Part shown: positions 47,520 through 60,386 of the stretch, one piece after another
How the letters are laid out: each line of letters starts with the position of its first letter
How positions within the stretch are numbered: position 1 is the stretch's first letter
Assembly: GCA_965112155.1 (NCBI GenBank)
Contig: OZ218099.1
Direction: 5' to 3' (one strand)
Length of the DNA: 64,000 bases
Source of the DNA: Podarcis liolepis
Lineage: Eukaryota
Translations under genes and position numbers: made by a program
Notes under the pieces: generated by a model
The model's input: the letters and a program-made list of their open reading frames with translations, nothing else
Told to the model about the DNA's origin: nothing
Database searches by the model: none

Positions 47520-48130
47520 GGCTTATTTTGAGGAAAGATTGTTTTTTATAATATCTAGGGCTTCTTTCTGAAGATGATTCAGAAATTGCGATTAGTCCAA
47601 AATACAATTGGAATGGCGTTGACTGGTCATTATGATCACATAAAACTTGGGCTTTCTCAACTGCTCTGGCTCCCAGTTCATATCTAGGCTCAAATCAAAA
47701 ATCTGCTTTTGACATTAACACCTTTCATTGCTTGAGACTAGGATACCTGAAAGACTGCTTGTCTCTACACACACCTGCCTATAATGTCACTGGATGCACA
47801 TACTATCTGAGGTGCTACAAGGACCAGTACCCAATGGTGGCACCCCAACTGTGGAGTCCTCTTCCCTCAAGAAGTATCACTTAGCACCTACTCTGATGTA
47901 ATTTTAGCATCAGGGAAATAATTTGTTTTCATTGTCCCAGACTCCCCCCCCCTTTGATCTGTGCTTTTACGCTGTTTTGCATTTGTTTTCAGTTTTACTG
48001 ACTGCTTTCCTACTGCATTTTTATACAATATTGTTTGAATGAGTTGTTGTTGTTGTTTTTGCTTTTTACTTGTTTCATTTGTAATTTTAAATTCTAAGAA
48101 CCTGTTGAGGCAAATGGTATAGATCCCTAA
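47520..48130 (+). mobile_element. Degraded L2-like LINE 3' region
   Basis: CTCTGGCTCCCAGTT (WLPV-like motif), GGTGGCACCCCAACTGTGGA and a T-rich 3' UTR. Confidence 0.55.
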
Positions 48131-49577
48131 ATAACTTTTTTTAAAACAGGAGGATCACTGGAAGGTAGCCTTAAATTATGAAAGTAGTTCTCCAAATACT
48201 TTGCACTGATCCAGCACATGGAAGAGTTGCATTTTATAACCAAAATAATCATGTTGAGCTGCTATATTATTCAAAGTGATCTAGTCAGAATCCTAAGAGT
48301 CAACAGTTTTACCATATTCTACCTTTAAAATAATGTTTCTCTGAGCCTAGAGTCACAGACCAAGATCAGAAGACGTCATGTGATACCTTACATTAAGCTG
48401 TATTATCTCACGTATAGCTGCAGGGCCCACAAATACAGTGGGTCTCCCGATCTATCAAGCCTTTTCGCTGATATAAGCAGGGTTGGCTGAATGTTCTGTG
48501 CTACTATGGAAGCTGATTGCTGCTGGACTGGAGACATCCTGGGAATCTCAGAGGATTCTGGGACACATTTTCAGTACACAGAGCCAATTTATACCAGAAT
48601 AAGCAACAGAGCCTGTGACATACAAGTTGCTTGCTTTGGTATGAGTGGAGCTCTTTGAATTGCACAATCTCAAGTAGCTGTGTAAGTTCCATATATGATC
48701 AAGCTGATTCTGTACATAAGCACCTAGCAGCTGAAAACAACTGCCACCCAATATAACCAGTAACTCAATAAAACCAGTAACCATAACCAACTGAGTGAAA
48801 ATCTACTAGTACATCTTTCAGGGAAATTCCTGTTGACTACAACAGTCCATGAACACAAAAATAGCATGAAGAAGTGCTTCACCTGAGCCCTTAAAAAAAC
48901 CAAAAAAACACACACCACAGAACCAATTCTTTAAAGGGGTGAGGTAGCAGTTCATAGACCAGCTCACATCATTTGTTAGGTTACATTTAAAGCTTTGTTT
49001 TGCCCTTGGCCTCCTTTTATTTTGTGCTTAACCTCTGCAGTGCCTTCTTAGGATTTTCCTTGTTGAAGTTGCTTTGTACTTTTTAATCTGATACTCTGAA
49101 AATTGTAATTGCAATTGGCTTGCTTTTCACCAAGGGAGTGCACTGTGAATATTAAATTTAGGGTAACAATACTCAAGGGTATGTCTCTTGTTTCTTCAGC
49201 TGGAACTCTTTTAATGCAAGTGTTTGTAACTTAAGGTTTAAATAGAAACCTCCAATTTCCCTACAATTGAGATTCCACGGGACCTTTTATAGGACATAAC
49301 TCACAGGTTCAGAAGGGCTGGGCAGGACAGTTTCTTTTTATGGGAGGTCTGTGTGGTCTTGAACAAGATTGTGTTTCTTCTCAGCCATTCTTCATGAACA
49401 GCTTAGGTTTTTTGGTACTTTAAAAAAAAGTATGTTTCCCAGTTTGCCTATGCCATATTGTCCAAGTTACAAGTAGAACAAACAATGACCTTTCAAACTA
49501 GGGATTTGTTTGGACTGAGAAAACAAAAAGGTAACTCTCTCCTAAAATGCCGTTCTTTTAAGTCGACCATGCCCTAT

Positions 49578-50207
49578 CATAGCTATCAACTTACAGATTT
49601 GAAAATAAGGGACCAGCAGCCTTGAAAATAAGGGACCAGCAGCCTTGAAAATAAGGGACCAGCAGCCAAAATAAGGGATCTGCAGCCTCACCTGTTCCAG
49701 GCACTCCAGTCTTTCTGTCCTCCTGCAGTCTGGTCAAACTCATGCTGGTAGCTTCGAGAACACTGTCCAACCAACTTTGTAACCAGAGGTTCAACTGAAT
49801 AGAATCTGAATCACATGCACCACAAGGCCTATGCAGCCTCAACTTAAGATGGCTCCCCGGCCTGGCTTTGCACTGCAAAGTTTGCAGCAGCACGTGCAAC
49901 AAAATGGCATCCAGCATTCAAAAACCCTCTCAGCTTGCATTAACTAGCCACACACAAGGCATGCAGGCTCCACCCCCCAGTCGTTCTTAGACTTCTTATT
50001 TGGGTGAGCAACACAGCCAAGCAACACAGTTGGAGCTTCCCTCCTCCCTGGCCGGCAGGGAGGGAGGGAGAGGAGCTGCTTCCTTTGAAATTTAAGGGAC
50101 ATCATTTAAGGGACATTTAAGGGACATCCGTCAATAAGGGACAGCAGCGGGACATGGCGCTGGAATAAGGGACTGTCCCTTCAAATAAGGGACACTTGAC
50201 AGCTATG
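49578..50207. mobile_element. Non-autonomous hAT element with subterminal AAGGGAC arrays
   Basis: TIR CATAGCTATCAA/TTGACAGCTATG, perfect TSD TGCCCTAT, 23-bp tandem repeat x3 from 49599, and multiple TAAGGGAC motifs near the right end. Confidence 0.93.
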
Positions 50208-50385
50208 TGCCCTATACTCATTTGCTACACATTGCAAAGTTCTAAGAGTAAGCTATAGAAAACAAATTTCACAGCGTAAACCCTGCACAATTTTTCCATC
50301 ATGTTTTATTGGACTATGTCATACTTCAGATTCACATTCCAAATTTGGCCACTTGGAAACTGTAGCTAAACAGGAAGCAGGAAAG

Positions 50386-50488
50386 CTTAATCTGACTTAA
50401 TCTTATATCACATCTTATGAAAGTCAAGAAAAAATTCAGTCTTAATCTGACTCTCACACGTATCTTATGAAAGTCAATGAAAATTTCA
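50386..50488. repeat. Imperfect ~55-bp tandem duplication
   Basis: CTTAATCTGACT...ATCTTATGAAAGTCAA..AAAA.TTCA occurs twice. Confidence 0.75.
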
Positions 50489-51096
50489 CAAAATTTAGTG
50501 GTGGTGGTGAACAAACATGTGAAGGAAGAAGCCATTGGCCCATGCAGACCTATATTGTCCACTATGAAGTTTTGCATGGATATGGTCTAGCAATGAATTA
50601 TGGCCCTTCTAATGTTCACTCCATTTATCTCTAGCTTTGATCAGTCATACAAACAACATGAAATATATGCACAATCTGCTAAAAATTTAGCATGTGAATT
50701 TGACCTTTATATGACCATACACAAACACAGTTTTCACTGACAGTAGTCTCCCTAAACTACATCAGCTAAACTGAGAAAAACCCATAATCACTTCCTTTGC
50801 ACCCACTTTGAGCTGTGGTCCTGCCTGCCAGCATTCTACTAAATCGTTGCCTTGTCTCCTTTTGACTCACCATTGCTCCCTAGATCCTACTGTCACAACC
50901 TATTTCCCATTCCTGAGATTTTCAAATAAATAGAATAAGAACAATTAGTTTAATATTTAAGATAACTAGTCAATCTTTGACCTTTAAGAACATATTGAGA
51001 TTTTTTTCTTTAAATTATGTTATATAGAAATCAAATGAATAATAATAATAATAACTATAGTAACAATAACAATAACATCAGCATCAGATGCAGCAA

Positions 51097-51249
51097 GCCT
51101 CTGAATTCCAGTTGCTGGGGATCATGAGTGAGGGAGTGCTGTTGCCCTTGTATTCCTGCTTGTGGACTTCCCATAGGCCACTGTGAGACCAGACTGCTGG
51201 ACAGGATGTGTCATTGGTCTAATCTAGCAAGGCTCTTATGTAATGTTCT
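51097..51249 (+). mobile_element. CR1 3' UTR fragment
   Basis: GCCTCTGAATTCCAGTTGCTGGGG...CCTGCTTGTGGACTTCCCATAGGC...GGTCTAATCTAGCAAGGCTCTTATGT. Confidence 0.7.
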
Positions 51250-51812
51250 AAACTCAAAAAGCTAAACAAGTTAATGACAACAAATGGTGTGGCTAGCAAA
51301 ACATAACTCTGCTCTGATGACATGGCTTAAATCCAACTAAAAATGTAAGCTTCACGAGAAAGCTATTATTTATGAAGAGCCTGTTATGCAGAGCATGCTG
51401 TACAGATATATCAATGTTATGTTCCTATCCTGAGAAGGGCAACTGGACAACTACACACAATCCACAAAGAATTAATATGTGTGTATCTGACAAACTTATC
51501 TAAGGATTTGTTAGAAAAGGAAATCAAATCAGCTACATGCAAACCTCAAGGAACGAAATAAATCTGATTTGTAAACTAAATGTATGAGGAGTATGTTTGC
51601 CATCTTATCAGTTGTGGGAAATGGATACCAGCTGTTGGATAATGTAGGGGGGGGGGTTGTGAAGACTCCATGATGATAAAACACTTTGCACAACACAGAG
51701 AAACTAACCACTGCAACTTCCCAGTGGAACATATTCCTATTCAGTAACTGGAGGCTGTTTTCTGTTACTTCAGTTCAATGATTATTCACATAAAGATGTG
51801 ACGTTCAATGTA

Positions 51813-52034
51813 CAGTCATACCTCGGGATGAATACGCTTCGGGTTAGCAAAGCATGTTACTTCCGGGTTTCGTTGCGCGCGCATACGAAGACCGTCAAAA
51901 TAATGTCACGTGCATGTGCAGAAGCGCCAAAACGTGACCCGCACATGCACAGACGCGCAGACACGGGTTACGTTTGCTTCGGGATGCGAACAGGGCTCCA
52001 GAACGGATCCCGTTCGCATCCCGAGGTACCACTG
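51813..52034. mobile_element. Tc1/mariner-superfamily (Tigger-like) MITE
   Basis: TA|CAGTCATACCTCGGGATG...CATCCCGAGGTACCACTG|TA. Confidence 0.88.
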
Positions 52035-55000
52035 TATTTGTTGAGTCTTCTTTTGAAGCAGGTGGAGGCTTTTGTCTTTCATTGTCATGAGGGATGTGTA
52101 ACACTGGCACAGGACTGTTGCATCTAAATGAGTAGCTAAGGCACACAGGAAGAGGTTTGCCACATATAATACTGCTAGAAAGAAGTGCTTTTGCTGGGCC
52201 TACTCACAAAAAATACCAAGGTGGTGCATGATGTAATACAGCATAAAACAACACAAAATAATCATATGAATCAGTGCTTCATAAAAAAATTACAATTAAA
52301 AAACCGAATAGATCTGTTTAAACAAAATTAAAATTCCTATTGTCCAGATTGTAAGACACACACCTCCTTTTAACCTTGGAGTCTAATCAGACATAACTTC
52401 TAGGCTACCTCCACTTGCCTTTGAGTAAGCCCTGCTGAGTAGACACTGTTAGGATTGCACCGTTAGTTGGCATGCTGTTTGGCACATCTTTGAGACAAAG
52501 TATTGCTTGTATTTTTCTCTAATATATAAGTACTAATTTTAAACCTCTCACCAGTCCATCATACACAAGTCATGAGCTTCATACTGAATCCACAAAGCAA
52601 GAAACCACTTGTATACCACTTCAGGAAACGGATTCAAGGTTATCTTTGTCACTAAAATACAGCTCCAGATCATGACATTTTGAAAAAATGAAGTAGGAGA
52701 TCAACTGAGTCCAACTGAAATTTGTGGAAATACTCCTACTTGCCCTAATCAAGAGACTCTCATTGTATCCCAGATATGTGAACAGGATGCAGAACACTAG
52801 ATCTACCCTTTTATCCTGTTTTACTCTATTCGATTTAGAAATAAAGCCCTTCTTTCTAAAAAACTAAAAGCTGACCCTTCTGAGAACAATAAAAAGTTCA
52901 ACATTATATAGCTAATTATTCTGCAGAAACTATGCAACATCTAATGCATAAAGTAGTGTTACGCTGAGTATAACATTAAAAACAAATTGGCTGATTCAGC
53001 AGACAAAGACAGAAAAGGATATTTGTTCTGACTTATTAAGAATTGCAAAGCCAGAGACTACATAGTGTTAGAAATATTTTAAAGCAATCACAACAATAAA
53101 ATGTAAGGAAAATATTAGTAACCACATTTGTAAGCAACCACAAGTTGTTGCTGTTTTCTAAACACTCAGTAAATCAGCAGTTCATGACAATGGATTAAAC
53201 CAACCAACCATGTACAATTAGACGTGACAAGTAATATTACAACCTTCCTCACTTATTTTATTTTTTGCCTCTTCTTAGATGAATGTACTCATTAACTAAC
53301 ACTAAAGATTATGAAGCCAAGTTAAAAAATGTTTTCATACTGTATGTGGTGTAGCATCCAGTCCTGGTTTATTACAGATACTAACAAGGAATTGGGTAAT
53401 CTCTGGACAAAGGCTATAGATATAACTAAAAATTGGGCTGATCCCCAAAGAGAATTTGCTTCTGGCAAGAAGCAAAGAGAAACAGATAGCCAAGAGGAAG
53501 GTGATGAACCTACAAAACTTACAGTGTTGAAGACAACCTGCAAGTGCGCCTTACCTTCCTACACTGCATTAGCAGTGCTGACTTTTCTGGAAGTCTGCTC
53601 TACTGAAACAGTGTTACACGTGACTTGTTGGGGTTTAAGTTGGATGTTAATTCCATGGGAAGCACTGTAGCACAGTTGCATACCCTCATTCCATTGCATA
53701 TCTAAATGCAGATGTCACCTAGCTGTATGATACTATTTTCAATAGGATGTGCATTTGGACAAGCATCTCAGCACAAGTCATCATATTAACTTAACACCAG
53801 CATGGTTTCAGTTTTTGTTCTCTCGTCAACATGACATCAGCCCCCTTGCAAATTGTTTTGCACCCTTCCACAAAGGGGTGTGAAAAATCACTCTTGGGGA
53901 AAGAATGCAAAACAGGTGGATGAAAATATGCTTCAAACCTGAGACCAAAGACCTTTTGGCTTCAACAAGCACATTATGATTTCTAACCTCACATAAGAAT
54001 TTCCAATGTATAATTTTGAGACCCCTTAGGAAAGGGAGAGGCAAGACGGAAGACACAAGAAGTAGCCATTATGCATCTTAGAAAGGTTATTACACTGCAG
54101 GTCATGTCTGTGCCTACTATATCATCATAGGTTTCCTACTACTTTAAAAACTCTTTCCAACACCTCCTCAAGGGTTCATAAACATTGTATAAAACATATT
54201 TGATCGCCTGAAACAACCCTGCTGGATGACACTTTTAGGACACAATGGTAGTAAAGGAAAGAAGCCTTATTAGCTACCATATCTGACACAGAATATTTCA
54301 GTTAAGGCACATTCAGATGCCTTTGCGGTGAGCTACTCATACTCTAGTCTCTCTTCCTAAGGTATCTTGGTGGAGAAATGGGCTAATGAAGTTGTAGGAC
54401 AGGATACTTGGGGAAAACAAGTATGTTGATGACAGAAGTCAGCCTGCCTTTCAACGTATTATTTGACAAAGAAGCTGTCAAGGTCAGTGGAAACACCCCC
54501 CCAGTCACCCCAAAGTACATCCAGCTCCATAAGTCCAAAACATTATATCCAAAAATAAATACCTTAAATAATAGAAAAGCATTCATGAACGAACATTATA
54601 TGGAGCAATAGTCTGGGGTCACAGAGACCCCAAAGACCTGGAGGTAGTTCAAAACAAATGTATATGCTCTATCCTTGGTCTCCTGGCTCTCCTACTTACA
54701 GCAAAATGAGGATAACACTATTGCCTCTAAAACAAAGCACTGCTTCAGTAACTGCTTTCTACATATTCAGGCTTTTGACTATTGCAATTTGCCATGATTG
54801 TGCCTAGAGGAACAACTCCGCAAAAGAAATTTGTTAGTTTAAAGTGTTCATTGTTGCAAAAAACAAACAAACAGGCTTTTCTGTCATTATGTGATTGCAT
54901 TATATTGACAGAATGTAAAATTGTAAAATCTAATAAAAAATATTTTTTAAAAAACAAAATGTTCATTGTTGTCATTGCAATTCTCTTCACTTGTGTGGTT

Positions 55001-55121
55001 TTTCAGGGTTAGTCAGTGTGGGCAGATGTAAGGCAAAATGCTTTGGTAAGTGAAAGATCCAAGACACAAAAACCGGGTTTATCATTACTAAAACCCCAAG
55101 TTCTGTTGTATTAGTGTTCTG

Positions 55122-55197
55122 TTGGGAGCCGCACAGAGTGGCTGAGGAATGGGTGATGGGTGGGGTATAAATATTAATATTATTGTTGTTGTTGTTA
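55122..55197 (+). mobile_element. L2/CR1-group LINE 3' tail
   Basis: GGGAGCCGCACAGAGTGGCTG...GATGGGTGGGGTATAAAT followed by a (TAT/TGT)n tail. Confidence 0.6.
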
Positions 55198-56839
55198 GGT
55201 TTCTGCCTTGGCTAAAGCATGTTCTTGAGAAGCTAGGTAAAGATACTGAAATTAATGATAAATGATTCTGTTGTCTAATATATATAAGGAGACCTTAAGA
55301 AAACACCCATCTATGGTTCTTAAACTATCTGAATTAATGCTTCCTGACAACCTGAATGTAGCTAAAACATTCACTGTTGTGAGACTTGAAATGTTCCTGT
55401 AACTTATGTAGGCTAATGTCTGTACCATGACAGACTACAAAGAACATTGTTACCCAAATAAAACAAATAAAGACTTAATGTGTTGAAATCTGGTCTATTA
55501 ATGTTTTGCATAAAACAAAATTTCAACAGTTAAAAATGCACTTATGACCTTGGAAACTCTCTCTGAACTTGGCTAGAACCAACTAAGAAAGCCTCTTTCA
55601 GCTTCATGGTTTCCAACTATGCCCACAATAAATTTGGCAAGAAAGAGGCATGAACTATCCATGAATCTCATCTTTGTGGCTGAGGTTAAATTGAAGCTCC
55701 TTGTCATATTTTATGACATTGTTGTTTATGTGCTAAGTTAAGAAAGATCAAGTTGTGCTATTTTTGGACAGAATTGGTTTTCTTTCTGTGGCTCAGAAAT
55801 TAGGGTGCATACTAGCCAGCAAATGCATGAAAATTAATCATGTCGTCTTTGGCCTAGGTTGCCAATGGTACTAGGGAATCATTTTTCAAAATCAAACAGC
55901 GAAATAAGTGCTCCTTACAATTAGCTCTGATTAATACTTGGTTGCCTAAAGAATGCTTAAACTGGAAATACATTTATTGGATTGTTAATATGCTTAATCT
56001 CTAGCTATATTTTATACCAGAATCTTTGTTCTGTAGGCCTATTTAGGCCCACCATACATCTTCATTCACCCCACAGTGCAGTTTTGACCAAACCACACCC
56101 ACCTGTCCATCATCTGACATCAGATATATGACACAAACCCTACAACACAAACTTAAAGTAAGTGTGATATTGATTCTAAATATATTCCCAATACTTCCTT
56201 TCCATCCGCTGGTACAATATGACTTTTTTTTAAGGAGGAGGGGCTTTTTCTGTTGCCCTACAGTGACAGAAAAGAGCCTTCAAATATAAAAAATAAAGAA
56301 CAGGAAGAACTGGGGGTATTTTTGAAAATATTTCAGTTGCACACACAGCTGCTGCCAGTGATTTCTGCTCACAATTTCTACACCACTAAATGGCAAAGCA
56401 AGCACAGTGAGCAAATACATAGCAGAACTACTTATTTTTTGTACAGCACTTCTTATAATCCTTTAGAGGCCTATGAAGAGAAATGGTTGAATGGACCTTT
56501 ATACGCATAGAAAACATAACTTAAATTATGTGGAATGTCTATTTAAATAACATCATTTTTTCTGAGATAAGTGACCACTTGAGTAATAATACAACTGGAG
56601 TACTCACAGCTGTTCGGCTCTACTAAGATGACAACAGGAAAGGGTTTGGACATTTTTGGAATGACAAACATAAGTATAACTTAGAATCATATGATTCCCC
56701 CCCCTACTAATTGAATATATATTTGCAAATATTTAAGAAATTCATTTTTTCTAAAGGGGGTAAGGTTTGAGAAAACTAACTTCTTGTTCTCTAATCAGAG
56801 CACCCTACCTCAGCCCCTTCAAAATTCTTTTACTTTTTT

Positions 56840-57870
56840 GGAACACTCAGGATGAAACGGTGAAATCAGCTATGATTAAATGAGCACAAGATGTTGGACA
56901 TAACATAATGATGGCTGACTGGGAACTGTTATGGACCACAGGTATGAAATTTATGGCATGTAATGCCTTAAGAGAAAATTTAATGAAAATGATTTACAGG
57001 TGGTACATGACACCAGTTAAGCTTCAAAAAATTTATCATTTGCCCGATAATAAATGTTGGAAATGTAATGAGACTGAAGGTACATTCTTTCACCTTTGGT
57101 GGACATGCCCAAGGATTAAGGCATTCTGGGAGATGATTTATAATGAAATGAAAAAGGTATTTAAATATACCTTCCTTAAGAAACCAGAGGCCTTTCTCCT
57201 GGGCATGGTTGGCCAATTGGTGTTAAAGAAGGACAGAACTTTTTTTATGTATGCAACAACAGCAGCAAGAATACTCATCGTGAAATATTGGAAGACATAA
57301 GATTTACCCACCAGGGAAGACTGGCAGATGAAGTTGATGGACTACATGGAATTGGCGAAAATGACTGGCAGAATCCGAGACCAGGGAGAAGAGTCGGTGG
57401 AAGAAGACTGGAAAAAGTTTAAAGACTATTTACAGAAATACTGTAAAATTAAAGAATGTTAGAAAGATGTTGGAATGAAGTTATATGGCTTTAGTAGAAA
57501 TGTTATAAGGAATTAAGTATAAATAGATTATTAGAGTATTAAAGGGAAAAGTAAGGTCAGAATGTGTTAAGACAATTACAGGATAGAAAACAGAGGAAGA
57601 TGGAAAGGAATTGCTGAAACAATCAATAGAAGTGGAATACAAAAAGGGAGGTGTGAGGAGGTCGTGGAAATTAGTGAAAGAAAGATAAGATATTGAAATT
57701 GGACTGTGTTTTAAATGGTTTTTGTTGTATTTTGTTAGTTGTATGTTAATGTTTTGCAGTTTTTTTGTTTTTTCTTTTTTGTATTGTATTGTATTATTGT
57801 ATGTTTTGTCTTTTGTAGTTTTTTGTAATGTTGTGTTCAATTTGTTGGAAAACTAATAAATATTATTATA
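56840..57870 (+). mobile_element. 5'-truncated L1-clade LINE (ORF2 C-terminus plus 3' UTR)
   Basis: 20-bp TSD CAAAATTCTTTTACTTTTTT (56820-56839, 57871-57890). CCHC knuckle CWKCNETEGTFFHLWWTC. In-frame stops at ~56881 and ~57298. AATAAA near the 3' end. Confidence 0.95.
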
Positions 57871-59504
57871 CAAAATTCTTTTACTTTTTTATTAAAATTA
57901 TTTGTATTCTGCTTTTAATTTCAAATAAATACCAAGGTGGTTTACAAAATAATAAAACATTTTAAAAAATCAAGAGTGAAACTTTTAAAAATCTTTTATT
58001 TGTGACCAGTGAAAGAGAAGCCAGCTGTGTTGCTTTTAGACAGTAATTGCCATTTTTTAATTAGTGGAACACAAACCACTTGCATAATCATTCAAGCTTT
58101 TCTATTTTGGCATCCAAACCTCCCAAAAATAAACCCTATGGATTTTTAAAGTTGCAGTGAAATTTTCTGGTTGACAAATCTGACTTAAAAGAGTCCTCAA
58201 CATGCCAGCAACCAAACATGAACACAAAAAAGCATTTTATCAAATAATGCTTCAGTTCTGAAATAAACTGAAGAGAAGAAGCCTGGTTACCAATGACATT
58301 GTGACCTAAAACCTGGAAAAAAAGATAAATGTCAATGTATTTCAAGTTTAAAATAGTTTCCATAGGTACTGTTACCATATGAACTCAGAGAAAATGAGAC
58401 CAGCTTCCAATAAAAATTGTTTCCAGAGCATTTCCTTCAGTGAGCTCATTAGGAAATGTTCCATTTAAAAACTTGTAGCGGAAACAAGGAACTGCTTTAT
58501 AGATTAGTTTAATTAGGTTTTTCGTTTTCTTTTGTACATTTTATACAGTCCCATGCTCTGCAGAGATTTCAAACAGTTTAAAATGAGGCTATTGGAAAAG
58601 CCTAATAAGGCAATATATATAGCCTGTCTTCAGGAACATAAACGGATCACTAACATAATTTGCCAATTAAAATCAAATTTCTAAAATAAAAGTAACCCGT
58701 AGCAAATAAAGAATGCAATAACCACAACCCAAATGTTGATATTAGCCAAACTTCGAGATCCTACAGTCAAATACAGCCCAAATAATTTATCCAGCCCACA
58801 TACTGTCTGGTCATGTAATATCGTACAATTTTCAGCTTGGATCCAGAGCTCTGCCAGATTCACATATGCAGCAGACAGATCCTGTTTATAACATCTTCCC
58901 TATTCATTTAAATGGATAGCTCTGGGCATGCAACTGGTCATGTAATCAGAGCTGTTTATTTAATCAAAGTGAGTGAGAAAAACCACAAGGTGTATTCAGA
59001 ACCATTCATGCAGAACATCAGGTGGTAAGTACTTCGGAATTGTGCTTAACCAACTGTTCGGATTAATCACTTACAAGTACTTTTGATTAACTAAGGTGTC
59101 CCAATTCATCAGGAGGGTATTTTTTTAAAAAAGCATTATTTTTAATATAAAAGCGGCACATAGCAAGCAAGCACTGCCTTAAAGGCAATAATGCTTCTTC
59201 TAAAATGATGTGTGTTGTAGCACATATGTGCTTTATTTAGAAAGTCAAATATGTTACTTGTTTGATAAGCAATAGCTTTTACTCATATGTAACTACAGCT
59301 GGGTGACAGTCCTAAAAATTAGAAGAATGTACAGAAGTCCCCAGCAGCAGCTCACCATTCTTCACCAACTGAATGTGGCCTTTCTATCTTTTAACCCAAA
59401 CTCCTTGTAATATGCTCTATTGCAAGTGCAATATTGTATTCTACCTGGTAATATTATGAGTACTTATACCTTACTATCCCCCTCTATTCCATATATAAAG
59501 CATA

Positions 59505-59670
59505 TGGAGATATGAAGCTGCCTTATAGCTGTGTGCAGCCTTTGGTCTATCCAGACACATATTATCATGACCAGCTCTCCAAGCCCTCAGGCAAATGTTA
59601 TCTTAGCCCTGTAGGATAATATTCTTTAACTGGAGATGGTAGGGACTGAACACAGAGCCTATGATACACA
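59505..59670 (-). mobile_element. Degraded tRNA-derived SINE (Squam3-like)
   Basis: GAAGCTGCCTTATA...TTGGTCTATCCAG...CAGCTCTCCA...AACTGGAGATGGTAGGGACTGAAC, an antisense SINE body with B-box. Confidence 0.55.
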
Positions 59671-60367
59671 AAGGAAAAGAAGCAAACTTTAGTTGCTATT
59701 TAATGAAGCAAAATTGCCAGCATACAAGCAACTTGCTTCAGCTTTGAAAGTCAGTCCACAAAAAGACTACTGTCACCTGCTCGCTGCATTTTTGTGTGCT
59801 AGGCGAAGAGGAGGGTCCAAGTGCTAACTCTCCCTTTGTCAGCTGACTCACTCATCTATATGGAATTCCATGTGCCTGGTTGCAAGGAATTCCTTCTCAC
59901 TTTTGCTATAAGCTGTCTTACTTGGGTATTCCATTAAAATACCCCCCAAAAATTAGTAGCCATGACCATGGTTTTATCATATGCCTGTACCCGATGATTT
60001 TTATGGTTATTGTTGTTCTTGTTTTCTTGTTTTTTTCTTCTTGTTCTCCTTCTGAATGATGCCATGGCCTATGGTTAGTGCAATAAAAAGTTTAATTGAA
60101 AACTAAAATTTTGCCACATAACTAAGCCCAGTTAATGCAGCTTATTCATTTGTCTCATTTTGTATGCTGTGCCCAAGATCTTCCAACCAACATTGTAAAA
60201 TTGATTTATTTACTGGTCCTTTTCAGGGTTTACGAACAGAAATCCACTCTTTTATTAAGCATTTATTTTAAGGTCTTCCTGTATTTCTCGCTTTGAGCAA
60301 AAAGTATTTCATGGCATATTGGACTTTCATTCTTTGGCAAATGGAAAACACAGCAACAGCTTACAAA

Positions 60368-60386
60368 TAGCCAGCAGGTGGCTCCA
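60368..60386 (+). promoter_or_regulatory. Candidate CTCF site
   Basis: TAGCCAGCAGGTGGCTCCA closely matches the CTCF core. Motif match only. Confidence 0.5.

Noticed and set aside
49599-49680. 23-bp direct repeats as a CRISPR array
   Set aside because: The repeats are head-to-tail with no spacers, lie inside a hAT element, and the DNA is eukaryotic.
56908-57300. 130-aa ORF as a host zinc-finger gene
   Set aside because: It is the CCHC C-terminus of an L1 ORF2 inside a TSD-flanked, truncated, stop-containing insertion.
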